36,593 nucleotides of DNA from contig JBGOXY010000002.1 of assembly GCA_041479415.1 (NCBI GenBank), positions 1 to 36,593 of the forward strand. Direction: 5' to 3'. The notes below the pieces were generated by a model. That model was not told where the DNA came from and did no database searches. It worked only from the letters and a program-made list of their open reading frames with translations. Position numbers and translations under genes: made by a program. The DNA is from Anaerolineae bacterium (GTDB lineage Bacteria; Chloroflexota; Anaerolineae; Anaerolineales; RBG-16-64-43). Shown here in pieces: positions 17,369 to 25,914 of this stretch (positions within the stretch are counted from its first letter, which is position 1; each line of letters opens with the position of its first letter).

Positions 17369-18252
17369 GCGAAGCCATGCAATCCGCGGCGCGCGATGTG
17401 CTGGCCTCCGGCCAGGTGCAACGGGTCATCGGCTACGAGACCGGCCCGCACGGCCGCGTTCGCCCGGCGATCATCGACCGGCCGGAGGAGGCCGAGCGCC
17501 TGGTGTGGAGCGCGGACTGCACACATAACCTGACTGTCTACCTGCACCGCGCCTTGACCGGCGAGAACGGCCGTGCCTCGCGCGAGGCCGTGGCTCCGCC
17601 GGCGCGCGTCGCCATCGTCGTCAAGCCGTGCGACAGCCGCGCGATCAACGTGCTGCTCGCCGAGCATCAGTTCTCACGCGAGCAGGTCTTCGCGATCGGC
17701 ATGGCCTGCGAGGGGATGCGCCAGGGCGCGCCGGCCAGTGCGCCGGAGGCGACGTTGCAGGCACGCTGCCTGCGCTGCCGCGAGCGGGTGCCGGTGGTCC
17801 ACGATGTACTGCTCGGCGAGCCGCCGAGCGCGTTGCCAGAGGCGCTGCCGGACGAGGCGCTGGCGCACGTGCGCGACCTGCCGCCGGCCGAGCGGGCCGC
17901 CTTCTGGCTCAGCCAGTTTGACCGGTGCATTCGCTGCTACGCCTGCCGCCAGGCCTGCCCGATGTGCAATTGCCCGACCTGTCTCTTCGAACAAGAGGAT
18001 GCACTGTGGGTGGGCATGCGCATCGCGCCCTCCGAGAAGCGCACCTTCCACTTGGGGCGTGCGCTGCACCTCGCCGGGCGCTGCGTCGGCTGCAACGAGT
18101 GCGAACGCGTGTGCCCGATGGGCATTCCGATTGGGTTGCTCAACCGCCATCTGGCGGAGACCGTCGAGAGCCTGTACGGTCATCGGGCCGGGATGCAGCC
18201 GGTGCTCTCACCGGTGACGGGCATGCTCAGCGCGGAGGAGAGTGCCCCATGA
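17359..18252 (+). CDS. Fe-S subunit, FlxC-like (HydB/AsrA-related, 2x[4Fe-4S] motifs)
   Basis: 297 aa with VKPCDSRAINVLL, CIRCYACRQACPMCNCPTC and CVGCNECERVCP. Size and motifs match FlxC of FlxABCD-type clusters. No CCG motif, so it is not HdrB. Overlaps the mvhD-like gene by 10 nt. Confidence 0.72.
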   Translation: MSISEAMQSAARDVLASGQVQRVIGYETGPHGRVRPAIIDRPEEAERLVWSADCTHNLTVYLHRALTGENGRASREAVAPPARVAIVVKPCDSRAINVLLAEHQFSREQVFAIGMACEGMRQGAPASAPEATLQARCLRCRERVPVVHDVLLGEPPSALPEALPDEALAHVRDLPPAERAAFWLSQFDRCIRCYACRQACPMCNCPTCLFEQEDALWVGMRIAPSEKRTFHLGRALHLAGRCVGCNECERVCPMGIPIGLLNRHLAETVESLYGHRAGMQPVLSPVTGMLSAEESAP

Positions 18253-19247
18253 AGACTCTCTCGCGAGAGAATCTCAACCTCTGGCTGGATGGGCTGGCGG
18301 CGCAGCACGCGCTCATCGCCCCGCACCTCGAGGCGCCGGGCGTGTTCTATCGTCCGGTGCAGCGCGCCCAGGAGATTGCATGGGAGGCAGGCCGCCCGGT
18401 GCTCTCGGCCAAGGAATTCCTCTTTCCCCCCAGCGAACGACTGCTCAAGGTGGAGAAGCGCGGGCCGGACGTCCGTCTGGAGGCCAGCCCTTCCGCCGCG
18501 CCGCAAGTGATCTTTGGCTTGCGCCCGTGCGATGCGCGCGGCATCCGCGTGTTGGACACGGCCTTCGTCGATACACCGCCGATTGACTCCCGGTATGCGA
18601 GCCGCCGTGAGAACACGCTGCTCGTGGGGCTGGCCTGTCGCAGCATGGGCGCCTCCTGCTTCTGTACCGCCGTGGGCCTGGCACCGGATGACCCGCGCGA
18701 CATGGACGTGATGTTCAGCGATCGCGGGGCGACGCTGGCCGTGCAGGCCCTGACTCCGCGCGGCGAGGCGCTCATCGCCAACCTGCCGCTCGTCGAAGAG
18801 CTAGGGGAGGTGGAGCCCGCCTCGCGGCGAGAGGTGGGCGGCCTGCCAACGGCCGAGGCATGGAAAGAGAGTTACAGTGACGCGCGGTGGGCAAAGCACG
18901 GCGAGCGCTGCCTGAGCTGCCGCCTGTGCGCTTACGTCTGCCCCACCTGCCGCTGTTACGACGTACGCGATGAGGCGTTGCCCTCCCCGCCGGGCGAGGC
19001 ACACTTCGAGCGGTTGCGCGCATGGGATAGCTGCATGCGCGAAGGCTACCGGCTCACAGCCGGCGGGCACAACCCGCGCGCGGCTTCAGGCAGCCGCCTG
19101 CGCAACCGGCTGCTGTGCAAGTTCGTCTACTACCCGCATCAGTATGGCCCTGCCGCCTGCACCGGTTGCGGTCGCTGCCTCGACGCATGCCCGGTCAACC
19201 TCGACCTGCTCGAGATCGGCGGCGCGCTTCAGGAGGCTGCCCAATGA
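18249..19247 (+). CDS. Fe-S subunit, FlxB-like (sulfhydrogenase beta / AsrA-like)
   Basis: 332 aa with FGLRPCDARGIRVLD, CFCTAVG, CLSCRLCAYVCPTCRCYD and CTGCGRCLDACPVNLD. Start set at ATG 18249 (ATGA overlap) rather than the ORF-track 17925. Confidence 0.76.
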   Translation: MKTLSRENLNLWLDGLAAQHALIAPHLEAPGVFYRPVQRAQEIAWEAGRPVLSAKEFLFPPSERLLKVEKRGPDVRLEASPSAAPQVIFGLRPCDARGIRVLDTAFVDTPPIDSRYASRRENTLLVGLACRSMGASCFCTAVGLAPDDPRDMDVMFSDRGATLAVQALTPRGEALIANLPLVEELGEVEPASRREVGGLPTAEAWKESYSDARWAKHGERCLSCRLCAYVCPTCRCYDVRDEALPSPPGEAHFERLRAWDSCMREGYRLTAGGHNPRAASGSRLRNRLLCKFVYYPHQYGPAACTGCGRCLDACPVNLDLLEIGGALQEAAQ

Positions 19248-20089
19248 GCACAGCCGACGGCGCCGATCCGATGTATCCACTCCTGGGGCGATTGGTTTCC
19301 AGCCGCGACATGGGGCGCGAGATCAAACTGCTTGGAGTGAAGCTGCTCAATGGAACACAGCCCCGCTTTCCGGCTTACGCGCCGGGTCAGTTCGCCTTCC
19401 TTTCGGCGTTCGGAATCGGCGAGGCGCCCTTCGGGCTGGCCTCCACCACCGAACGAGGCGAAGTGCTCGAGTTCGCCGTGCAGCGCCTGGGGTCCGTGAC
19501 GACCGGCCTGCACGAGCTGGCCGAGGGCGATGCGCTGGGGGTGCGCGGCCCCCTGGGCAACACCTTCCCGATGGAGGCCTTCCAGCACAAGAACCTGCTC
19601 GTGCTCGGCGGCGGCATCGGCGGCGCGCCGTTGCGCCCGGTGATTCACAGCGTACTCGACCACCGCCAGGATTATGGTCAATTGACCATTCTGTGGGCAG
19701 CGCGCCATCCCTCGCTGCTCATATTCCGCGACGAATACGAAAGCTGGCGCGCCGCGCCGCACACCGAACTACACCTGACCGTGGATGAGGCGGATGCCGC
19801 GTGGGATCATCACGTGGGCTTGATGACGGATCTCGTGCGGCAGGTGGCGCCCTCGGCCGCCAACACCGTCGCCATCACCTGTGGGCCGCCGATCATGATC
19901 TATCACGTCGACAAGCTGCTCAGCGAACTCGGCTTCGCGCCCGAGCAGCGCTACGTCACGCTCGAGGCGCGCATGCACTGCGGCCTGGGCAAGTGCGGAC
20001 GATGCAATATGGGCGAGCTCTTGGTGTGCCGCGACGGGCCGGTCTTCTCCATGGCCCAGGTCGGCAATTTCTTGGAGAGTTACTTGTAG
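19244..20089 (+). CDS. FAD/NAD(P)H-binding oxidoreductase with C-terminal [2Fe-2S], FlxA-like (sulfhydrogenase gamma / AsrB / PyrK family)
   Basis: 281 aa. Ferredoxin-reductase-type fold (PGQFAFL, LLVLGGGIGGAPLRP, ITCGPPIM) and a C-terminal CGLGKCGRCNMGELLVC. Start at ATG 19244 (ATGA overlap, AGGAGG at 19231-19236). Confidence 0.84.
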   Translation: MSTADGADPMYPLLGRLVSSRDMGREIKLLGVKLLNGTQPRFPAYAPGQFAFLSAFGIGEAPFGLASTTERGEVLEFAVQRLGSVTTGLHELAEGDALGVRGPLGNTFPMEAFQHKNLLVLGGGIGGAPLRPVIHSVLDHRQDYGQLTILWAARHPSLLIFRDEYESWRAAPHTELHLTVDEADAAWDHHVGLMTDLVRQVAPSAANTVAITCGPPIMIYHVDKLLSELGFAPEQRYVTLEARMHCGLGKCGRCNMGELLVCRDGPVFSMAQVGNFLESYL

Positions 20090-20125
20090 AGGGAAACCGC
20101 CACGCGCGGGAGAGGGCGGAGCACA

Positions 20126-20155
20126 TATGCGGGTCGCCATCTGGCGACCCGCATA
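20126..20155. terminator. Hairpin between the convergent hdr/flx operon and the histidine kinase gene
   Basis: TATGCGGGTCGCC (20126-20138), loop ATCT, GGCGACCCGCATA (20143-20155): 13-bp perfect stem. No clear U-tract on either strand. Confidence 0.5.
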
Positions 20156-20184
20156 CGATTCGTGCTGCACTGGGGCCGTCCTGG

Positions 20185-22071
20185 TCAGGCAGCCCGCGCG
20201 GGTTCCGGGGCTGTTGTCTCCAGGGGAAGCACAACAGTGAAAGTGGTGCCGCGTCCTTCCTCGCTTTGCACGCTGATCAACCCCCCAAAGGAATCCACCA
20301 GACGCTTGACGATGCTCAGGCCCAGGCCGGTGCCCACAATCCCGGAGTGGCGCGCATTGGAGGCGCGAAAGAATTCTTCCCACAGATGCGGCATCTCGTC
20401 GCGCGGAATGCCCATGCCGGTATCGGCGATCACCACCTCGGCCGAGGTGGCACGCAGACCGACACGCACCTCCACCTGCCCGTCGGCCGGAGTGTATTTG
20501 ACGGCGTTGCCAATCAGATTCTCAAGGACGCCCGCTAACCCGTCGTGTGTCGCGCGCACGTCCACCTTCTCCGGCGGCAAGCGCACGCGCAGCTCCACCC
20601 GTTTGACCTTGGCGGCCGCTGCGTGCTGCTCGACCGCCCACTTCACCACCGCCTTGAGCTCCACCGCCTCGGTGCGCTCCTCAAAGCCCATCGTCTTGGT
20701 GGCTGCCAGGGCCAGCAGGTCGCCGATGAGTGCCATCAACCGGTCGAGGCGGCCGAGCACGCGTGCGACAATGTCCTTCTGCTTGTCGCTCATCTCGCCC
20801 GACATGCCACCCAGCATGACCCGCAGCAGGCTTTGCGCGCCGCCCACTGGCGAGCGCAGCTCGTGGGTCACCGTGCGCACGAACTCCGCGCGGGCCTGGT
20901 CGGCACGCTGCAGTGCCTCGTGCGCCTGGGCGTTTTCGATCGCCACGGCTCCCTCGCGTGCGATGGCCATAACGTAGTCGGCGTCGGCTGGGGTGAAGCG
21001 CCGCGGCTGATCGGCGTACACGCGCAGCACCCCCAGCGGGCGCGTACGGCCCACGATCGGGACCACCAGGATACTGAGAATCCCCTCCTGAATGACCTCG
21101 TCGGGATACTGCAAGCGGTCGTCGGCCAGCACATCATTGACAATGACCGGCGTCCCCGAGAGCACCTCGCGATCCATCGGGCTGCGTGAGAGCTCCACCG
21201 GACCTTTGCGCTGGTATTCCGCACGCAGCCCATAGGAGGCCGCCAGGATGAGCCTCTCGCCCGTCTCATCCAACAGGCGGATCGATGCGCGCCCCGTGGA
21301 GAGCACGCGTGCCGCGTTGCGCGCCAGGCGTTCGAGCACCTGCGGCAGGCTGAGCGTCGACGAAACGGCTTGCGTCGCCTGCAGCAAGCCCGCCACTTGT
21401 CGTTCGCGTTCGCGCAGGCGGTCCATGATCGAGGCACTCAGCACGACGGTCGCCGCGGCGGCCATCCCGAAGAACCCGATTTGGGCCAGGATGAAAAGCG
21501 GCTGCCGGTAGAGGTCGGGGGGCAGGAAGGGCAGCGCCGGCAGGTTGGGCAGCACTCCGGTGGCTTCGGCGAGGGCCAGCACGATGAGCGCGCCCAGACC
21601 GATGCTCACGGTGAGCAATGGGTGCGTTCCGGGGAACAGGATGGCCCCGATCAGCATGTGGATGAGGAAGAAAGGAATCGCCGGGCTGGTCAGGCCGCCG
21701 GTCAGATGCAGGAAGATGGCCATCGCCATCCAGTCGAGCGCCACCTGGAGAAGCACCAAGCGCCGGATGCGCCGCGAATACAGCGCCGCATCGTCCGAGA
21801 AGATCCGCCCGGTGAGCCACAAGAGAACTAGATTGTAGAAGAGAATAGTGAGACCGAGCGCGACAAGCGGCGTTTCGGGGATCGGCAGGCCCAGCAGTCG
21901 AACAGAAGCCAGCGCCCCGATGAGCACGCCGGTGCCAGCCAGCCAGCGGATCTGAATCAGACGCGCACTGGTGCTGGCCACATCGCCCGGCAGCAACCCA
22001 TCGTGCCGAACGGCGGGGATGTCGTTCTCGGGCAGGACCGCGGACAAGTCCACCTCAGGTGGTTCGGTCAC
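20185..22071 (-). CDS. Membrane-bound GAF-domain sensor histidine kinase (no adjacent response regulator)
   Basis: 628 aa. Polytopic N-terminal region, a GAF-like segment, H-box FVRTVTHELRSPV, and ATPase boxes LIGNAVKYT, DTGMGIP, GTGLGLSIVKRLV. GTG start at 22071. Confidence 0.9.
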   Translation of the reverse strand: MTEPPEVDLSAVLPENDIPAVRHDGLLPGDVASTSARLIQIRWLAGTGVLIGALASVRLLGLPIPETPLVALGLTILFYNLVLLWLTGRIFSDDAALYSRRIRRLVLLQVALDWMAMAIFLHLTGGLTSPAIPFFLIHMLIGAILFPGTHPLLTVSIGLGALIVLALAEATGVLPNLPALPFLPPDLYRQPLFILAQIGFFGMAAAATVVLSASIMDRLRERERQVAGLLQATQAVSSTLSLPQVLERLARNAARVLSTGRASIRLLDETGERLILAASYGLRAEYQRKGPVELSRSPMDREVLSGTPVIVNDVLADDRLQYPDEVIQEGILSILVVPIVGRTRPLGVLRVYADQPRRFTPADADYVMAIAREGAVAIENAQAHEALQRADQARAEFVRTVTHELRSPVGGAQSLLRVMLGGMSGEMSDKQKDIVARVLGRLDRLMALIGDLLALAATKTMGFEERTEAVELKAVVKWAVEQHAAAAKVKRVELRVRLPPEKVDVRATHDGLAGVLENLIGNAVKYTPADGQVEVRVGLRATSAEVVIADTGMGIPRDEMPHLWEEFFRASNARHSGIVGTGLGLSIVKRLVDSFGGLISVQSEEGRGTTFTVVLPLETTAPEPARAA

Positions 22072-22263
22072 TCATCGACCTCTCGCGTGCGGCCAGGATC
22101 GCCGGGCCCCCTCGCCTGCGTTGCCAGCCCGGGCGACGCCGAAGGTGCGGACTACGCTGCCTGCCGATTCTAGCCCAAACGCCCCACCCGCGGTGTGCGC
22201 GGCGGAACACCGCGCCGGCCACAGGCGTCTTAATCGGCAGACCCAAAAACCGGGAGGTGCCCT

Positions 22264-24651
22264 ATGCTACGCCGACCTGCGTTCTTCGCCCTGCTCGTTG
22301 CGCTTTTCCTGCTCGCCCTGCCATCTGCGGTTCACGCGGATGGCATCATCATCCCCGATCCTCCGCCGCCCGACTGCCTGCCCTTCATGACTCCGTCCGA
22401 GGCGATGCCGGCCTGGCCGACACCGGTCCCAATCACGATTTGCCCTCCCCGGCCGGAATTGGCCATCGTCTATCACCGTGTGACGGTCACCATACAGGAT
22501 CAGGTGGCCGTGACGCGTGTCGACCAGGCCTTTCGCAACGACAGCGGCGCCACCGTGGAGGGAATATACGTCTTCCCGCTCCCGCCGGAGTCCTCCGTAA
22601 CCCGCTTCTCGTTGTGGGTCGGCGGCAAGAAGGTGGAGGGCAAGGTGTTGACGGCCGAAGAGGCGCGTGCCATCTACGAAGACATCGTCCGCCGCCAGCG
22701 CGACCCGGCGCTGCTCGAGTACATCGACCGCGGCGCGGTGCAGGCACGCATCTTCCCCATCGCCCCAGGCGAGACGCGCCAGATCCAACTCGAGTACACC
22801 CAGACTCTGCCGATGAACAACGGTCTGGTGCACTACCGCTACCCGCTCAACACCGAGAAGTTCTCGTCTCAGCCGCTGGAGCAGGTGAGCATCGCGGTGA
22901 ACGCGCGCTCGACCCAGGCTCTGCGCGCCATCTACTCCCCGTCGCATCCCATCTCCGTCACCCGCGACGGCGAACACAACTTCCGCGCCGGGTACGAAGC
23001 CTCCGGCGTGCGGCCCGACACCGACTTCGATCTGTATTACTCCACGGCCCAGAACGGCATCGGCCTTAACCTGATGACCTTTCACGACCCGACCGGCGGC
23101 GAGGCGGATGGCTTCTTCCTCATGCTCGTCTCGCCCGGGTTGGACACCGGCGACTCGCAGGTCGCCAAAGACGTTATCTTCGTCCTCGACCGCTCGGGCA
23201 GCATGGACGGCGAGAAGTTCGAACAGGCGCAGCAGGCGGCGCAGTACGTGCTCGAGCATCTCAATACGGAGGATCGCTTCGGCCTAATCGCCTTCAGTAC
23301 GGGCATGGAACCTTTCGCCAGCGAATTGCTGCCCGCCAGCCGGCGCAGCGAGGCGGAGCGGTGGATCACCACGCTCTCGGCGGAAGGCTCAACCGACATT
23401 CACCGCGCACTGCTCGAGGCGGCGGCCATGGTGCACCCCGGACGGCCAACCTATATGATCTTCCTCACCGACGGGTTGCCGACGGAAGGGGTCATCGATC
23501 GCGAACAGATACTGCAGGCCTTTGCCTCGGCCGCCCCTTCGACGGTGCGGCTGTTTGCCTTCGGCGTAGGTTACGACGTGGACACGGTCCTGCTCGACAG
23601 CCTGGCCCAGGCGCACCATGGCGCGACAACCTACGTCGCCCCGGGCGAGAGCCTCGACGAGGCCGTCTCGGCCTTCTACGCGCGCATCACCAGCCCGGTG
23701 CTCACCGACCTGCAACTCGATTTCGGGCGGATCACGGCTTACGACTACTATCCGCAGGAGCTGCCCGATCTGTTCGGCGGAAGTCAGTTGGTGGTGGCCG
23801 GGCGCTACCGCGGCAACGGCAGCAGCACCATCACTCTCACCGGCCGGGTGAACAGCGAATCGCGGTCGTTCAGCTACCCGGGGCAGACCTTCTCCGCGAG
23901 CGGGGGCTTGAGTGCACTCTCGCGCCTGTGGGCCACGCGCAAGATCGGCCATCTTCTCAACGAGATCCGGCTGCATGGCGCGGAGCGCGAAATGGTGGAT
24001 GCGGTGGTGGCGCTCAGCGTGCGCTACGGCATCGTCACACCCTACACCTCCTACTTGGTGACCGAGCCGGAGGCCTTGAGCGCCGACAGCCGGCAACAGA
24101 TCACCGATCAGGCGCTGCGCGAGCTTCAGGCGATGCCCACCCAGGTGGCTGGGGCACCGGCGGTGCAGAAGGCACAGGAACAATCCCAGTTGGCCGGCGC
24201 GCAGAGTGTTCCCGCCCCGAGCCTGCCCGAAGCGCAGGATGTGGTGCGCAACGCGGGCTCGCACAGCTTCGTGCTGCATGGCGAGGTGTGGATCGACACG
24301 AGCTTCGACGTCGGACGCATGCAGGCCACACCCATCGCGTTCGGCTCGGCCGACTACTTCAAGCTGGCCGGGGTCTCGCCCGAGGTGGGTGCAGCGCTCG
24401 CTCTCGGCCCGCGGGTGATCGTCGTCTGGCAGGGCGTCGCCTACGAGATCGTAGCCGAGGGCGAAGCCGTAGCGGCGGTGGACGTGCCGGAGCCGATCGA
24501 GCCCGGACCGATCGACCCCTCGAACCCACCGGTGCTGCCCGACCCGGCTCAACCCGTGCCCGCTGCTCCGCTGTCATTGCCGTGTGCCTCGGCGTTGCTG
24601 CCATTGGGAATGATTACTGCGATGGGTTTGTCCCGAAGGCGAGCGCGGTAG
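22264..24651 (+). CDS. Secreted VIT-domain plus von Willebrand factor A-domain protein with a C-terminal hydrophobic anchor
   Basis: Signal peptide MLRRPAFFALLVALFLLALPSAVHA. VIT-like region (VTVTIQDQVAVTRVDQAFRN ... IFPIAPGETRQIQLEY). vWA MIDAS motif FVLDRSGSM. C-terminus ALLPLGMITAMGLSRRRAR. GGGAGG precedes the ATG. Confidence 0.87.
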   Translation: MLRRPAFFALLVALFLLALPSAVHADGIIIPDPPPPDCLPFMTPSEAMPAWPTPVPITICPPRPELAIVYHRVTVTIQDQVAVTRVDQAFRNDSGATVEGIYVFPLPPESSVTRFSLWVGGKKVEGKVLTAEEARAIYEDIVRRQRDPALLEYIDRGAVQARIFPIAPGETRQIQLEYTQTLPMNNGLVHYRYPLNTEKFSSQPLEQVSIAVNARSTQALRAIYSPSHPISVTRDGEHNFRAGYEASGVRPDTDFDLYYSTAQNGIGLNLMTFHDPTGGEADGFFLMLVSPGLDTGDSQVAKDVIFVLDRSGSMDGEKFEQAQQAAQYVLEHLNTEDRFGLIAFSTGMEPFASELLPASRRSEAERWITTLSAEGSTDIHRALLEAAAMVHPGRPTYMIFLTDGLPTEGVIDREQILQAFASAAPSTVRLFAFGVGYDVDTVLLDSLAQAHHGATTYVAPGESLDEAVSAFYARITSPVLTDLQLDFGRITAYDYYPQELPDLFGGSQLVVAGRYRGNGSSTITLTGRVNSESRSFSYPGQTFSASGGLSALSRLWATRKIGHLLNEIRLHGAEREMVDAVVALSVRYGIVTPYTSYLVTEPEALSADSRQQITDQALRELQAMPTQVAGAPAVQKAQEQSQLAGAQSVPAPSLPEAQDVVRNAGSHSFVLHGEVWIDTSFDVGRMQATPIAFGSADYFKLAGVSPEVGAALALGPRVIVVWQGVAYEIVAEGEAVAAVDVPEPIEPGPIDPSNPPVLPDPAQPVPAAPLSLPCASALLPLGMITAMGLSRRRAR

Positions 24652-24817
24652 AGCCCTTCACCGCCGAGAACGCAAAGAACGCGGAGTCGATCTCCCAACC
24701 TCCCCGTGAGGAGAGGTGGTCGATGCGAGTAGGGGGCCCGGCGGCGCCGTGCCCCCACAGTTGTGAGGGGCCCAATGCCTCACCGCTCGGCGTGCGCTCC
24801 GTGGGGTGTGGGAACTA

Positions 24818-24860
24818 GGTGGAGTGGGGAGCAAAGCTCCTCACTCCACCATTTCTTATT
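24818..24860 (+). terminator. Intrinsic terminator 167 nt downstream of the VIT-vWA stop
   Basis: GGTGGAGTGGGGAGC (24818-24832), loop AAA, GCTCCTCACTCCACC (24836-24850): 15 bp with one G-U. Followed by ATTTCTTATT. Confidence 0.6.
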
Positions 24861-24863
24861 GCA

Positions 24864-24889
24864 CCCTCTCCCCGCAAACGGGGAGGGGG
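24864..24889. repeat. GC-rich hairpin CCCTCTCCCCG-CAAA-CGGGGAGGGGG (REP-like)
   Basis: 11-bp stem with one G-U, immediately after the terminator. Only one copy is recognisable in this window. Confidence 0.35.
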
Positions 24890-24917
24890 ACGGGGGTGGG
24901 GCATTCTCGGCGGGTGA

Positions 24918-24946
24918 TTGACACCGCTTGCATCGGATTGTAGAGT
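24918..24946 (+). promoter_or_regulatory. Sigma-70-type promoter TTGACA-17-TAGAGT for the GNAT gene
   Basis: TTGACA (24918-24923), exact 17-nt spacer, TAGAGT (24941-24946), ending 54 nt before the ATG at 25001, which has a GGAGG SD. Confidence 0.6.
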
Positions 24947-25000
24947 TGACGCACTGGCCAGCCGCCATCGCGCACAACTCGTGGCCGGCACGGAGGCACA

Positions 25001-25594
25001 ATGAGCGCCCCACGCAAACAACCGGGAACGCTAACCTTTCGCCCGGTGACCCCGTCGCGCTGGAAGGATTTAGAGACCTTGTTCGGCAAGCATGGCGCCT
25101 GCGCCGGATGCTGGTGCATGTGGTGGCGCCTGCCGCGCGCTGAGTTCAATGCCAAGCGTGGCGCGGGGACCAAACGCGGTCTCAAGCGATTGGTGACCGA
25201 GGGTAAGGTGCCGGGCCTTCTGGCTTACGTGGAGGGCGTGCCCGCCGCCTGGTGCAGCATCGCTCCGCGCCGCCAGTTCCCCGGGCTCGAGCGATCGCGC
25301 GTCCTCGCGCCGGTGGATAGCACGCCGGTGTGGTCCGTGGTGTGCTTTTTCGTCGCGCGCCCGTTTCGCCGGCAGGGGCTGACCGCCAAAGTGCTGGCAG
25401 CCTCTACCGAGTTCGCCCACCGCCGGGGCGCACGCATCATCGAGGGTTACCCGGTGGATATGCGCGGCAAGGTTTCCCCGGACCCGTGGGTCTTTACCGG
25501 GCTGCTTTCAGCATTCGTCCAGGCCAGGTATGTGGAGGTGGCGCGCCGCTCCCCCACCCGGCCCATCATGCGCCATGTTGCGGAAGGCAAATGA
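25001..25594 (+). CDS. GNAT-family N-acetyltransferase
   Basis: 197 aa. The GACAGCWCMWWR motif and RRQGLTAKVLAASTEFAHRRGARIIEGYP (acetyl-CoA-binding-type Q/RxxGxG/A context) are typical of a GNAT subfamily. Confidence 0.8.
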   Translation: MSAPRKQPGTLTFRPVTPSRWKDLETLFGKHGACAGCWCMWWRLPRAEFNAKRGAGTKRGLKRLVTEGKVPGLLAYVEGVPAAWCSIAPRRQFPGLERSRVLAPVDSTPVWSVVCFFVARPFRRQGLTAKVLAASTEFAHRRGARIIEGYPVDMRGKVSPDPWVFTGLLSAFVQARYVEVARRSPTRPIMRHVAEGK

Positions 25595-25914
25595 TCTGAA
25601 GCCGAGAGTTCAGAGCTGTCACCACGGAGAGCACAGAGTCCACAGAGACATATGTCACAAGGTTTGGAGCCAGGATGTGCGGGGCAGCGTGCTGGTCTGC
25701 GTGGTCTGCATGTCCGTAGGGGTTGATTCAAGAAGCGGAACGTACGAGCACGCGTGATGTTCACCCGCTGGCCAATTGCGTTCACGCGCCGGGCCGGCTC
25801 ACGGTGAATGGGAGCCGGCCGCAACACCGTGTGCCAAATGGGAGGGGAAGCGCGAGCGCAGTGTAGTGGCCGCGCCCCCCTCTCCCAAGGTCAGATCGTT
25901 CTGGCCGAACTCAC

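Noticed and set aside
22267-24818. Long alternative-frame or antisense ORFs over the VIT-vWA gene (22267-23259 minus, 23389-24552 minus, 23361-24818 plus, 22059-23069 plus)
   Set aside because: The VIT-vWA frame has a signal peptide, a MIDAS motif and an SD. The alternatives are Arg/Gly/Pro-rich with no motifs.
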